This document shows positions 48,230 through 59,045 of a stretch of 64,000 bases of DNA, one piece after another (position 1 is the first letter of the stretch; the number at the start of each line of letters is the position of its first letter). The stretch covers positions 189,269-253,268 of the forward strand of contig JAJTYI010000009.1 of the NCBI GenBank assembly GCA_021463645.1, in the 5' to 3' direction. The notes under the pieces were generated by a model. It made no database searches. It worked only from the letters and a program-made list of their open reading frames with translations, and was not told the origin of the DNA. Made by a program: the position numbers and the translations under genes. Source of the stretch: a bacterium (GTDB lineage: Bacteria > Patescibacteriota > Dojkabacteria > B142 > OLB20).

Positions 48230-49671
48230 TAGTTTTGCTTTAATAGGCTAATTAGATCATTATGTTTGACGGTATATGCCTGTGCCTCTTCTAGTGTGAT
48301 TTCACCGGATCTAATCAAATTGACAAGTGATTTCTCCAAACTGATCATCCCTAACTCGGCACTTGTCTGGATCATATTATCGATTTGATACGTTTTCTTT
48401 TCACGAATTGCATTTCTAATTGCAGGTGTAGCAATCATAATTTCAGAAACTGCTTTTCTTCCACCACTTTTGAGTGGAATAAGTCTCTGGGAGACAACAG
48501 CGTGAATCACATTTGCTAATTGAGCCCTAATCTGTGCTTGTTGGACATCAGGGAAAACGTCAATGATACGATCGATTGTTTGAGATGCAGAATTTGTGTG
48601 CAAAGTTGAGAATACTAAATGTCCAGTCTCCGCTGCAGTGATAGTTAACGCAATTGTTTCATAATCTCTCATTTCCCCAACTAACACGACATCTGGATCT
48701 TCTCTTAATATTTCTCTCAAACCTCTGGTCCAACTTCGGACATCTTTGCCGACCTCTCGTTGATTGACAAGTGCTTTTGCACGAGGAAATAAGTACTCCA
48801 CAGGGTCTTCAATCGTAATAATATGTCTAGCTTGTGAAAGATTAATCTCCTGAATTATTGATGCTATGGTAGTACTTTTACCACTTCCGGTCGGACCAGT
48901 AATTAATACCAACCCATTTGCAACTGTAGTAAAGTCCTGAAGTATATTAGGCATTCCAAGATCAGTAATTGTTCGAATCTTTGATGGAATCAATCGAAAT
49001 GCACCCGCAAGATTTCCTTGTTTGTGAAAGATATTTATTCTAAATCGATTACCAGTAGAATGAGTATAAGAAAAATCAATATCCAAATAATTCAATAATT
49101 GTTTCTTCTGATTTTCCAACAAAATTTCTCCAAATAGTTGTGAGACTTTCTCTTCTGTTAATACCTGTGAAGGAACTGGAAGTAAATCTCCATTTATTCT
49201 AAGTAGGGGAGGGTATCCCACGGAAACATGCAAATCAGAGGCTCCTTTCTCAACAGCTAATGAAAGTAACTCATTAATTGAATTGAAGTTCGTAAGGTTG
49301 GAACCCAGATTGATTTGGTTTTGCTCAGTTGTACTTTGAACTTGAAGAGCTGGTAAAGTGCTAGTCATAGGGGATTGCTGTCCCAGTGTTGAAGCAGGTT
49401 CTGTTCCAACATTTTGTATTTGTGAACTATCACCCTGTGATGGCTGGACATTGGTTTGAGTATTCTGAGTTGTAACTAAGTTGTCATTGTTTTGATCCTG
49501 AGGACCAGTCTGCTGCACGGAATCAACTATCGGAGTGGGCTGTAACACTGTGTCACGAAAATCTGTGCTAAGTTGATAATCAATATCATTAAATAGGTTA
49601 TTTGATCTAGGAAGGGGAGGTCCAGAATATTCCCTAACGTTGTTATTCTGGGGCAGTAGTGTGTTTTGCAT
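48229..49671 (-). CDS. pilT: Retraction ATPase PilT with long N-terminal low-complexity extension
   Basis: GASDLH, TGPTGSGKSTT, TIEDPVE, LREDPDVVLVGEMRD, AAETGHLVFSTLHT, AIRNAIRE. Confidence 0.95.
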   Translation of the reverse strand: MQNTLLPQNNNVREYSGPPLPRSNNLFNDIDYQLSTDFRDTVLQPTPIVDSVQQTGPQDQNNDNLVTTQNTQTNVQPSQGDSSQIQNVGTEPASTLGQQSPMTSTLPALQVQSTTEQNQINLGSNLTNFNSINELLSLAVEKGASDLHVSVGYPPLLRINGDLLPVPSQVLTEEKVSQLFGEILLENQKKQLLNYLDIDFSYTHSTGNRFRINIFHKQGNLAGAFRLIPSKIRTITDLGMPNILQDFTTVANGLVLITGPTGSGKSTTIASIIQEINLSQARHIITIEDPVEYLFPRAKALVNQREVGKDVRSWTRGLREILREDPDVVLVGEMRDYETIALTITAAETGHLVFSTLHTNSASQTIDRIIDVFPDVQQAQIRAQLANVIHAVVSQRLIPLKSGGRKAVSEIMIATPAIRNAIREKKTYQIDNMIQTSAELGMISLEKSLVNLIRSGEITLEEAQAYTVKHNDLISLLKQN

Positions 49672-49690
49672 ATTTTAAGCGATTTCTTAA

Positions 49691-51487
49691 TTAATTAACT
49701 ACACGAAGAACTTCTTCAATTGTTGTCATTCCTTCTAAAACCTTCAGATATCCGTCCTGAATCATTGTAATCATTCCATTACTAATTGCAACTTTCTCTA
49801 TTTCGTTTGCTACGGCAGAATCTGATATTAATCCCATTATTCCATCATCTATAGAGAATGCCTCGAATATCCCAATCCTACCTTTGTATCCACTATCCCC
49901 ACATTCAGGGCATCCTTTTCCTTTATATAATATTAGCTTGTTATTATTCTGCCTTAAAAGTTTAGCAAAATCAAACCCTGGAACATTAGAAAGTACTTTT
50001 TCAATTTCTTCTACCTGTTCATCATTCGCCATATATTCCATCTTGCAATTGTCGCAAATTTTTCTAGTCAATCTCTGTGCTGCGACTACATTTATAGTCG
50101 AGGCCAACAAAAAGGGCTCAATTCCCATGTCTATCAATCGGGGGATTGCACCGGCAGCATTATTTGTGTGTAGTGTTGCCAAAACCAAATGTCCTGTCAA
50201 TGAAGCCTGCACAGCCAATCGGGCAGTTTCTTGATCACGAATCTCTCCCACCATAACAATATCTGGGTCTTGTCTCAAGACCGATCTAAGTCCATTAGCA
50301 AAGGTTAAGCCAATATCTGCATTAATCTGTATTTGTGTAATTCCTTCGATTCTAATTTCCACTGGATCCTCAAGAGTTACGATATTAACTTCTGGATGAT
50401 TTAAAATCGTTAGAGAAGAGGCGAGAGTTACCGTTTTACCACTACCAGTTGGACCGGTGACAAGAATAATTCCTTGAGTTTTCTTTAAACCTTTCAAAAA
50501 ATCTTCTTTGGCTTGAGCTCGGATACCAGTATCCTCGAAACTGATTGAATTACTACCTCTTTCAAGCAAACGAAGCACAACCTTTTCACCGTAAACCGAA
50601 GGCATGATGGAAACACGAATATCCACTATTTGATTGTCCATTTTTACTTGGAATCTACCATCTTGTGGAACTCTATGCTCGTCGATTTTCAAATTTGAGA
50701 GGATTTTGATTCTAGCAACTACAGGTTTTTCGAGTTTTTTTGGGAAATTTAATTTCTCTGATAAAACTCCACTCATTCTATATCTGACAATAATTCCTGA
50801 TTCTCGAGGCTCGATATGCACATCGGATGCTTTATGCTTAACAGCGTACTCTAAAATCATATTTACAATTTTTGCAACCGGGGCCGAGGTGATATCTTCA
50901 TTACTAAAATCACCGTCACCTGTAACATCAATAATATCCGCGACATCTTCAAGCGCTTCATCAACCTCACTTGTGATTTGCGCTCCATATCTTGTATCTA
51001 TAACTGTTCTAATAGAAATAGGATCAGTGAAATATGGTTCAATTTTCTTTCCAATTATTGTAGTAAGAAACCTAGTCTTTTGAAGGTCGAGTGGATCAAC
51101 CATAGCAACTTTGACCGCGTCGGGAGTTTCTTCAAATGCTACAGCTTGGTTTTTCTTAGCAATATCTTTAGAAAATATATTTAATATCTCGACGGGGATC
51201 CTTCTCTCGGCAATATTTATAAAAGGAATATGATAGATATCACTTTTTACTTTATAAAACTCTTCTGGTGACACTAATTTCTCTTGGAAGAGTATGTCTT
51301 CAATATTTTTTCCAGTTGTGAGCGCTTTTACCTTAGCTTGATCAAACTTTTCTTTTGACACAAGACCTTTTTCAGTTAGCTTAGCGACAAGTTCATTTTG
51401 TTGAAGGTTGAAATTATCAGACGTAGCTAAATTCGTAGCATCATTACCAGCTGTAACAGGAGTTGTTTGGGCAGTTGTTAGGTTCAT
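49691..51487 (-). CDS. pilB: Extension ATPase PilB/GspE
   Basis: ASDVHIEP, PQDGRF, TGPTGSGKT, LRQDPD, TGHLVLATLHTN, CxxC...CxxC, GYKGRIG. Confidence 0.95.
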   Translation of the reverse strand: MNLTTAQTTPVTAGNDATNLATSDNFNLQQNELVAKLTEKGLVSKEKFDQAKVKALTTGKNIEDILFQEKLVSPEEFYKVKSDIYHIPFINIAERRIPVEILNIFSKDIAKKNQAVAFEETPDAVKVAMVDPLDLQKTRFLTTIIGKKIEPYFTDPISIRTVIDTRYGAQITSEVDEALEDVADIIDVTGDGDFSNEDITSAPVAKIVNMILEYAVKHKASDVHIEPRESGIIVRYRMSGVLSEKLNFPKKLEKPVVARIKILSNLKIDEHRVPQDGRFQVKMDNQIVDIRVSIMPSVYGEKVVLRLLERGSNSISFEDTGIRAQAKEDFLKGLKKTQGIILVTGPTGSGKTVTLASSLTILNHPEVNIVTLEDPVEIRIEGITQIQINADIGLTFANGLRSVLRQDPDIVMVGEIRDQETARLAVQASLTGHLVLATLHTNNAAGAIPRLIDMGIEPFLLASTINVVAAQRLTRKICDNCKMEYMANDEQVEEIEKVLSNVPGFDFAKLLRQNNNKLILYKGKGCPECGDSGYKGRIGIFEAFSIDDGIMGLISDSAVANEIEKVAISNGMITMIQDGYLKVLEGMTTIEEVLRVVN

Positions 51488-51600
51488 TTACTGTGTATTT
51501 TGCCTCTCAAAGTGATAAAATTAAATGCTATTATAGTCTACCTTTTATTCAATTTTTTTTCTATTAATTTCTTTATCAACTTAAATATTGTTATTGTTTT

Positions 51601-52263
51601 ATGTCAAAGTCCTACATAATTTCTTCTACTCGGGTTGATTATATTAACCAAACAATTGATTCATTATGTTCACAGTTCGAAATAATTGATAAGAATGCTG
51701 ACTTTTTGAATGTAGAACCCGCTGATAAGAAACAATCAATTGGTATCGATCAAACGAGGAAGTTGAAAGAATGGTTCAAAGTCAAACCATACAACAGTCC
51801 TAATAAGTTTGCTGTCATTAAAAATGCGGATTTACTCACCGATCAGGCACAGAATTCGATTTTAAAACTCTTGGAAGAGCCCAACGCAAATTGTTATCTA
51901 GCATTGACTTTAGCAAACCCATCAAATCTATTACCTACAGTACTCTCCCGGTGTGAGATTATCCAAGACTCCATTGTTTTAAAGTCGTTAGAAAACTCAG
52001 ACTTTATGAAACTCAGTCGGACGCTACAATTTAAATATATTGATGATCTTTTGAGTGAAAAAAACACATTAGAGCAGAACAGACAGATTCAAACATTTAT
52101 ATTTAATTTGCTTTCAACACTACAAAAACAGCTTGAAGAAGACCATTCCGATACAAAACTTAAACAAAACATTGCTTTGATAGAACAAACATCTATAATG
52201 ATATCTGGTAATACATCCAAAAGGCTCGCATTGGAAAATATGGTAATTAATATGAAATATTAG
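51601..52263 (+). CDS. holB: DNA polymerase III delta-prime-like subunit (short form)
   Basis: IGIDQTR, AQNSILKLLEEP, LLPTVLSRC. Confidence 0.85.
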   Translation: MSKSYIISSTRVDYINQTIDSLCSQFEIIDKNADFLNVEPADKKQSIGIDQTRKLKEWFKVKPYNSPNKFAVIKNADLLTDQAQNSILKLLEEPNANCYLALTLANPSNLLPTVLSRCEIIQDSIVLKSLENSDFMKLSRTLQFKYIDDLLSEKNTLEQNRQIQTFIFNLLSTLQKQLEEDHSDTKLKQNIALIEQTSIMISGNTSKRLALENMVINMKY

Positions 52264-52308
52264 TCGAGCTTATGCTAGAATAACTACTTTCACTTACGAT
52301 GTAATTTT

Positions 52309-54252
52309 ATGAGCAAAAAGGATAATTCTTACAATGCTTCATCAATAACAATCCTAGAGGGATTGGAAGCTGTTCGGAAAAGACCTGCGATGTACATCGG
52401 AGATTCTGATGTTACAGGACTACATCACATTGTATATGAGATAGTAGATAATTCGATTGACGAAGCATTGGGTGGATATGCAGACAAAATCGAAATCAGT
52501 TTGAACAAAGACGGTTCTATTAGTGTTTCTGATAATGGTCGTGGAATTCCAGTAGACATACATCCTGTGAAAGGTATGAGTGCTCTAGAAATCGCAGCTA
52601 CGACTCTGCATGCTGGAGGCAAATTTGACGAATCATCTTACAAAGTGTCGTCTGGGTTACATGGAGTTGGACTATCTGTCGTAAATGCCGTAAGTACGCA
52701 TATGAAAGCAGAGGTTTTCAAAGATGGCAAACATTACATGCAAGAGTACAAAATAGGAAAGCCATTAAAAGACGTGGCAGTTGTCGGAAAATCAGAAGAA
52801 ACTGGTACAAAAATCACATTTACTCCCGATGATACAATTTTCACATCTACGCAATTCAGTATTAAGAAGCTTCATACTCGCTTCCGACAGCAAGCCTATT
52901 TAACTGCAGGAGTTCGTATAGTTGTTCGTGATGATCGCGAGGAAGAAGATAGAGGAGGGGAGAATAATATTCCTAGACATTATGCATTCTATTTCCAAAA
53001 CGGAATGAAATCCTACATTAAGCAAATCAATTCCTCTTACAAACCTGTCAACAAAAACATTTTTTATGTGCACAAAACTGAAGACAATGTAGACGTTGAG
53101 GTCGCAGTCCAATACACCACAGACCTACAAGAAAGAGTTTTAGCTTTTGCTAATAATGTTCACAACCCCGAAGGAGGAACACATCTTTCAGGTTTCCGAA
53201 TCGCATTAACAAAAAGTTTAAATGATTATTTCTCAACGATTGCTACAGATAAGGAAAAAGATCTCAAACTTAGTGGAGATGACACAAGAGAGGGACTCAC
53301 AGCAATTGTTTCAGTCAAAATTCATGACCCGCAATTTGAAGGACAGACGAAGATTAAGCTTAACAATCCAGAAGTTACACAAGCTGTAAGAAAAGTTGTT
53401 GAAGAATCACTAAAAACATACCTGGGAGAGAACCCCCAAGATGCGAAGAACATTATTTCTAGAGCAGTACTTTCCAATAAAGCACGTAAAGCAGCAAAAG
53501 CTGCTAGAGACGCAGTCATCAGAAAGGGTGCACTTGATGGTGGAAGCCTTCCAGGAAAACTTGCCGATTGTTCAAGTAAAGATCCTACAATTTCAGAATT
53601 GTTCATAGTGGAGGGAGACTCAGCAGGAGGATCCGCAAAACAAGCACGTGATCGAAATACTCAAGCGATTTTCCCACTTAGAGGTAAACCTCTCAATACA
53701 GAGAAATACCGTCTTGACAAAATTATGAATAATAAAGAAATAAAAGACTTGGTAATAGCACTTGGAACAGGTATTTCCGACACCATGAATATTGAAAAGC
53801 TCAGATATCACAAAATTGTCTTGATGAACGATGCTGATGTTGATGGAGAACATATTACAACACTTGTTTTGACATTATTCTATCGCCACTTGAAACCAAT
53901 TCTTGAAAAGGGATATCTATACGTTGCCCAGCCACCATTATATAAAGTAGAAATCAATAAAGACGAAAATTATTGGGTTGCTAACGATTCAAAATTAGAA
54001 GAATTAACAGCACAATTAAAAGCTGCTAAGAAGTCACCAAAAAGTATTCAAAGATTCAAAGGTCTTGGAGAAATGAATCCTGAACAATTATGGCAAACAA
54101 CAATGAATCCTGAAAGTCGAACACTTAAACAAATCCGAATCGAAGATGGTGAAGAATCCGATAAAATTTTTGATATTTTAATGGGAGCCGAAGTTGCACC
54201 TAGAAAGAAATTTATCCAAACTCACAGTAAAGAAGCAACCGTAGATATTTAA
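52309..54252 (+). CDS. gyrB: DNA gyrase subunit B
   Basis: [63 protein letters not shown]. Confidence 0.97.
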   Translation: MSKKDNSYNASSITILEGLEAVRKRPAMYIGDSDVTGLHHIVYEIVDNSIDEALGGYADKIEISLNKDGSISVSDNGRGIPVDIHPVKGMSALEIAATTLHAGGKFDESSYKVSSGLHGVGLSVVNAVSTHMKAEVFKDGKHYMQEYKIGKPLKDVAVVGKSEETGTKITFTPDDTIFTSTQFSIKKLHTRFRQQAYLTAGVRIVVRDDREEEDRGGENNIPRHYAFYFQNGMKSYIKQINSSYKPVNKNIFYVHKTEDNVDVEVAVQYTTDLQERVLAFANNVHNPEGGTHLSGFRIALTKSLNDYFSTIATDKEKDLKLSGDDTREGLTAIVSVKIHDPQFEGQTKIKLNNPEVTQAVRKVVEESLKTYLGENPQDAKNIISRAVLSNKARKAAKAARDAVIRKGALDGGSLPGKLADCSSKDPTISELFIVEGDSAGGSAKQARDRNTQAIFPLRGKPLNTEKYRLDKIMNNKEIKDLVIALGTGISDTMNIEKLRYHKIVLMNDADVDGEHITTLVLTLFYRHLKPILEKGYLYVAQPPLYKVEINKDENYWVANDSKLEELTAQLKAAKKSPKSIQRFKGLGEMNPEQLWQTTMNPESRTLKQIRIEDGEESDKIFDILMGAEVAPRKKFIQTHSKEATVDI

Positions 54253-54262
54253 TATTCAACAA

Positions 54263-56857
54263 ATGACAGATCAAGGTCTAAAAACAACAGGCACAATTAA
54301 CTCTCGAAATATTGTAGACGAGATGTCTACCTCTTACATCAACTACGCAATGAGCGTTATTGTAGCTAGAGCACTTCCAGAGGTTAGAGATGGACTCAAG
54401 CCAGTACAGAGAAGGATTCTGTACGCTATGTATCGACAAGGTTTTCTTCCTAGCAAAGGTTATAAAAAATCTGCTAGAACTGTTGGAGAAGTAATTGGTA
54501 AATATCATCCACACGGAGATACTGCCGTTTACGACGCTATGGTACGTATGGCTCAAGACTTCAGCTTTAGATATCCACTTATTGACGGCCAAGGAAACTT
54601 CGGCTCAATCGATGGAGATACAGCTGCAGCCATGAGATATACAGAATCAAGACTTGGTAAGAATGCATTAGAAATCCTACAAGATCTCGATAAAAATACA
54701 GTAGATTTTATTCCGACATACGACGGTAGTTATTCTGAGCCAAATCTTTTACCTTCCTTACTTCCAAACTTACTGTTGAACGGAGCGGAAGGTATCGCAG
54801 TTGGAATGGCAACTAAAATACCTCCACATAATTTAGGAGAGATTGTAGATGGGTTGAAGTCCATGATAGAGCTTGGCAATGAATTCGACTATAAGCAACT
54901 TGATTTAAAATATGCAGAAAATATTAGAACTGTTGAAGATTTACAGAAATTACCAAAGGACAGATTCCCGGAATTCATCTCCTCAACTACCATCGAAGAT
55001 TTAGCAAAATTCATACCTGCGCCTGATTTTCCTACTGGTGCAGAAATGTACGATCAGGCAGAAATCATCCGTGGATATGCCACAGGTCGTGGAAGAGTAT
55101 TAATGCGTGCAGTCGCACATATTGAAGAACGAGGTAATGGTAAATTTAGAATTGTTGTAACCGAACTACCATATCAAGTAAACAAATCCAACTTAGTTAT
55201 TAAAATTGCAGACCTTCACAGAGACAAAAAAATTATTGGGATAGCAGATTTAAGAGATGAATCAACCAAAACTATTCGAATAGTCATTGATATTAAGAAA
55301 GATGGAAATCCGAATACAGTACTCAACAAACTGTACAAATACACAGAAATGCAAACAACATTCAATATGAATTTGTTAGCATTGGTGAACGGAGAACCTA
55401 AATTACTGAACCTAAAGAGAATTCTTGAATTATTCATCACCCATAGACAAGAAATTATAATTAGGAGAGCAGAGTATGACCTCGCGAGAGCTAAAGAAAG
55501 AGAACATATTCTAGAAGGATTAATGATAGCCCTTGATAATCTTGATGAAGTTATTAACACAATCAGGAGTTCAAAAGATGCAGACATCGCTAAGACGAAC
55601 TTGATTAAGAAATTCGCGTTGAGTGAAATTCAAGCAACAGCAATACTTGATATGCAATTACGAAAGCTTGCCGCACTCGAAAGACAAAAGATTGAAGAAG
55701 AATACAAACAAATCAAAAAGACAATCGCAGAATTGATCAAATTAATTACAACCCCAGATATGGTTATAAATACTATTGAACAAGAACTTACATCACTTAA
55801 GGAAAGACTCTCCGATAAACGAAGAACAAAGTTGCATAAAGGCAAAGTTGGAGAATTTTCAGAATTGGATTTAATTCATAAAGAGAATGTTTTCGTTACA
55901 GTAAGTGAACAAGGATACATTAAAAGAATCAATGAAAATACATATAAGCAACAAAAACGTGGAGGAAAAGGAAAAACCGGAATGGGAACGAAAGAAGATG
56001 ACGGTGTTTCACATATTTTGAGTTGTTCTACACATGACGATATTTTATTCTTCACAAATCGAGGTCGAGTATTTTTCAAGAAAGTATATGAAATACCTGA
56101 GTTTGGCAGAACAGCAAAAGGACAAGCAATTATCAATTTGATAAATATTGACCAGAATGAACTAGTAACGAGTATTTTGAGCAAGCGAGAAGATGGGAAA
56201 CTATATGATGAAGATACAATACAAGAAGGAGAAGATAAGCGAGAGAAAAAACCATATAAATATCTGTTCATGGCTACAAAACAAGGAACTGTCAAGAAAA
56301 CTGCTATAGAAGAATTCAGCAATATTAGAACCAATGGTTTGATTTCTATTAAATTATCCAAAGAAGACGAATTAGCCTGGGTAAAACCAACCAACGGTGA
56401 CGATGAAGTCTTACTCATCACAGAACAAGCGCGTTCAATACGATTCCACGAGAAAGATGTACGACCTACTGGTAGAGACACCATGGGCGTACGCGGAATA
56501 TTGTTTAAGAATGCTGGAGACTTTGTAATAGCTATGGATGTTGTACGAAAACAGGAAGATTTATTATTAACAATCTCAAGAAATGGTTACGGAAAAGTCA
56601 GTAAATTATCACAATTTCCTAGACAGAAAAGAGGAGGACAGGGTGTTTACGCAGCAAGAATTAACAAAAAGACTGGATACTTAGCAACCGCAAGAATCTT
56701 CGACCATCCTGGAATGGATTTATTGATTATCAGCAAGATTGGAAAAGCACTTAGAACTCCAACAAATGATCTTCCTGAGAGAAGTAGACAAACAGCAGGT
56801 GTCCGCCTAATGTCGCTAGAGAAGGGCGATGAGGTAAGTGCTATTGCTATTGTATAA
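54263..56857 (+). CDS. gyrA: DNA gyrase subunit A
   Basis: [29 protein letters not shown], GyrA-box QKRGGKG, beta-pinwheel repeats. Confidence 0.97.
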   Translation: MTDQGLKTTGTINSRNIVDEMSTSYINYAMSVIVARALPEVRDGLKPVQRRILYAMYRQGFLPSKGYKKSARTVGEVIGKYHPHGDTAVYDAMVRMAQDFSFRYPLIDGQGNFGSIDGDTAAAMRYTESRLGKNALEILQDLDKNTVDFIPTYDGSYSEPNLLPSLLPNLLLNGAEGIAVGMATKIPPHNLGEIVDGLKSMIELGNEFDYKQLDLKYAENIRTVEDLQKLPKDRFPEFISSTTIEDLAKFIPAPDFPTGAEMYDQAEIIRGYATGRGRVLMRAVAHIEERGNGKFRIVVTELPYQVNKSNLVIKIADLHRDKKIIGIADLRDESTKTIRIVIDIKKDGNPNTVLNKLYKYTEMQTTFNMNLLALVNGEPKLLNLKRILELFITHRQEIIIRRAEYDLARAKEREHILEGLMIALDNLDEVINTIRSSKDADIAKTNLIKKFALSEIQATAILDMQLRKLAALERQKIEEEYKQIKKTIAELIKLITTPDMVINTIEQELTSLKERLSDKRRTKLHKGKVGEFSELDLIHKENVFVTVSEQGYIKRINENTYKQQKRGGKGKTGMGTKEDDGVSHILSCSTHDDILFFTNRGRVFFKKVYEIPEFGRTAKGQAIINLINIDQNELVTSILSKREDGKLYDEDTIQEGEDKREKKPYKYLFMATKQGTVKKTAIEEFSNIRTNGLISIKLSKEDELAWVKPTNGDDEVLLITEQARSIRFHEKDVRPTGRDTMGVRGILFKNAGDFVIAMDVVRKQEDLLLTISRNGYGKVSKLSQFPRQKRGGQGVYAARINKKTGYLATARIFDHPGMDLLIISKIGKALRTPTNDLPERSRQTAGVRLMSLEKGDEVSAIAIV

Positions 56858-56940
56858 AAAAAAATGTATTATTTGTGACACTATTTTCAAACAACGTTAT
56901 ATAATTCGTTGTGATATATAAAGGAAAACCGAAAAAAGAA

Positions 56941-56997
56941 ATGCATTATTGTTGTTGCACACAAATTTTTATTATGAATAAATCACTAATCACCTGA
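56941..56997 (+). CDS. Putative leader peptide MHYCCCTQIFIMNKSLIT
   Basis: ATG 56941 to TGA 56995-56997; three consecutive Cys codons; the stop codon overlaps the antiterminator 5' strand. Confidence 0.4.
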   Translation: MHYCCCTQIFIMNKSLIT

Positions 56998-57055
56998 GAG
57001 GTGTATACCCATTGTGTATTCAACCTCTCAAAAACGAGAGGTTTTTTTATTTTTT
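56995..57055 (+). promoter_or_regulatory. Terminator/antiterminator leader ahead of the Gre-family gene
   Basis: Terminator AACCTCTC(57022-57029)-AAAAAC-GAGAGGTT followed by a T-tract. Competing perfect 8-bp pairing of TGAGAGGT(56995-57002) with ACCTCTCA(57023-57030). Confidence 0.65.
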
Positions 57056-57066
57056 ATCAAAATACA

Positions 57067-57495
57067 ATGAAGAAGGCGAAATCGAGAGAAGAAATACTTG
57101 CAAAAATACAAGACCTTAAAAAACAAATTGATTCAATTGGCACACAAATCGAAAGAGATCGAAAAGAAAACGATGCAGATGATTCCGCTGTGTTACACGA
57201 GTTATTAGACAAAAAGGATTATCTAGAGCAGTCAATCGATTCGCTATTAGACTCCTTGAAAAATACTGAACTACCAAAGACTTTTGGTCAACAGTACAAA
57301 GTCAGCATCAATGGTAGCACTCGTGAATTCAAGGTTGTACATCCAACACAGGTTGATACACAAAATGGATATATTTCAACTGAGTCACCGATTGCACTTG
57401 CCCTAGAAGGCAATAGAGCAGGGGACTATGTTGAACTTGACACTCCAGCTGGTAAGCAGGTTATCGAAATACTTGAGGTTTCTGCTGTAGCCTAG
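57067..57495 (+). CDS. GreA/GreB family transcription factor (divergent, Gfh1-like acidic tip)
   Basis: N-terminal coiled coil; C-terminal GYISTESPIALALEG-x2-AGD-x-VELDTPAG. Start ATG 57067. Confidence 0.88.
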   Translation: MKKAKSREEILAKIQDLKKQIDSIGTQIERDRKENDADDSAVLHELLDKKDYLEQSIDSLLDSLKNTELPKTFGQQYKVSINGSTREFKVVHPTQVDTQNGYISTESPIALALEGNRAGDYVELDTPAGKQVIEILEVSAVA

Positions 57496-57533
57496 AGAAT
57501 TCAGGTCTAACAACCAAATCATAAAAATAATAA

Positions 57534-57560
57534 AAAAGAGTAGGGGAACCCTACTCTTTT
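57534..57560. terminator. Bidirectional terminator between the convergent gre and xer genes
   Basis: Perfect 12-bp inverted repeat AAAAGAGTAGGG-GAA-CCCTACTCTTTT overlapping the xer stop codon. Confidence 0.7.
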
Positions 57561-58657
57561 AATGGATGGAATTCTTTATGAGATTTTTGTGCGACCCTGT
57601 CGCTCGTATGAACGTAACGGCTTGTCGTTTGTAATGATTCATGACCAAGAAGCCGTTGAATTGAAGCCGGATTTGCACCATTTTCGGATAAATAGGTAGC
57701 AAAACCGTGCCTAAGACTGTGCGCGGAAGTAGGAATATTTATACCGAGACGAGATCTGTATTGTTTGATTTTATATTGCAGATAATTCACCGAAACTCTT
57801 ACTGCGTAAGTATTTTCAGTACCGAGCCGAGATCCTCTATAAGGAATAAACAAGGCCTTATATTCGTCATCACGAGTCATCAAATACCTTTCCAGATAAT
57901 GTTTTGCACGTTCAGTGAGATAAACGAATCTTTGTTTTTTACCTTTACCAGTGATGAAAATTCTGTCATCTTGTATAACTTTTTTAGACTCATCAAGTTT
58001 CAAATCTTCAAGATTCAAATTAATAAGTTCAGAAATTCTCATACCAGTTGAAAATAATAATTCCAACATTGCACGGTTTCTGTAACGAACATTTATTTTC
58101 TTTTCAAAATTTTCTGGAGATTCAATTAAAGAAATTAATTCATCTAAGTCAGCAACATTTGAAACGACTTTTTCAGTTTTAATTAATTTTATCGCATCTG
58201 CAGGAATTGGAACTTTTTCATCCGCATCTGTCAAAAATCTAAAATAACTCCTTAAAGCTGATAACATACGATTTACACTGCGACTTCCAAGTCGACCTTG
58301 ATACATAGAAAGCCTTCTAGATGCCTTAGGGCTCGATTCTTTGTGTTGCGTTTCAGGAAGTGGATTTTCACGATCATCGGTGACATTTTCGACATTTTCG
58401 TGACTATAGAGAAATTTTAAATCTTTTAAATATTTACCATTCCTTAAATAGTCTTTGTATTTAATTAAATCTAATTTCCCGATGTCTTTAAATTTTAATT
58501 TCTGTGAGTAAAGAAAACTCGCAAAAACTAATAAATCTCTTTGATAGTTAGATACTGTTTTCCCTGAATAATTATTATTTATAAGGTCATAAAAGAAATC
58601 CTCTATTAAAGGCATCTGGCTTACTATTTCCTTATTATACTTGTCAAAATCATCCAT
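57551..58657 (-). CDS. XerC/D-family tyrosine recombinase
   Basis: RMLSALRSYFRFL, RNRAMLELLFSTGMRISEL, GKGKKQR, HSLRHGFAT, LLGHESLQTTSRY. Confidence 0.95.
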   Translation of the reverse strand: MDDFDKYNKEIVSQMPLIEDFFYDLINNNYSGKTVSNYQRDLLVFASFLYSQKLKFKDIGKLDLIKYKDYLRNGKYLKDLKFLYSHENVENVTDDRENPLPETQHKESSPKASRRLSMYQGRLGSRSVNRMLSALRSYFRFLTDADEKVPIPADAIKLIKTEKVVSNVADLDELISLIESPENFEKKINVRYRNRAMLELLFSTGMRISELINLNLEDLKLDESKKVIQDDRIFITGKGKKQRFVYLTERAKHYLERYLMTRDDEYKALFIPYRGSRLGTENTYAVRVSVNYLQYKIKQYRSRLGINIPTSAHSLRHGFATYLSENGANPASIQRLLGHESLQTTSRYVHTSDRVAQKSHKEFHPLKE

Positions 58658-58853
58658 GGTGCCCTCTTTTGATAAAAATTAGTAGGGGAGAAGCCCCGAA
58701 AATAAAGGTTATCTGAGACCAGAAGTAATAAAACTTGAATCTCAGAAATTACGACAATTATAAATAAACATTATTAATATATGAATTAAAAATATTATAA
58801 CTAATTATAAATAAATAGCAAAACACCCACTTCTCCGCCTTATTCTCTCGTTA

Positions 58854-58881
58854 ATTCCATATAAGGGTTATTATACTCAGT
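58854..58881. other. Candidate dif-like Xer recombination site
   Basis: ATTCCATATAA-GGGTTA-TTATACTCAGT: 11-6-11 layout with inverted TATAA/TTATA inner arms, about 200 bp upstream of xer. Confidence 0.45.
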
Positions 58882-59045
58882 TTCTATATAGTACTATTTC
58901 ACCCTTATTTAATCAGAAATTATCTTTTATTATGACTTACAAATATTTATGAATTTATATATATCTCATTCCCCCATTATGTGGTCTCATAAAGAAAATA
59001 TTAAAACGATGGAGTTAAAGAAGATAATTAATAAATTATCTCGAT

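Noticed and set aside
54860-54990. Insertion of about 35 aa in GyrA (similar short inserts in Xer and YebC) considered as inteins
   Set aside because: Far too short and lacking Cys/Ser...His-Asn intein termini; probably lineage-specific loops.
57001-57066. GTG-started N-terminal extension of the Gre ORF given in the track
   Set aside because: It runs through the terminator hairpin and U-tract; ATG 57067 is the more plausible start.
57551-58657. Tyrosine recombinase as a prophage, ICE or integron integrase
   Set aside because: Flanked by housekeeping genes, with no phage or conjugation genes, att duplication or attC cassettes; motifs are XerC/D-like.
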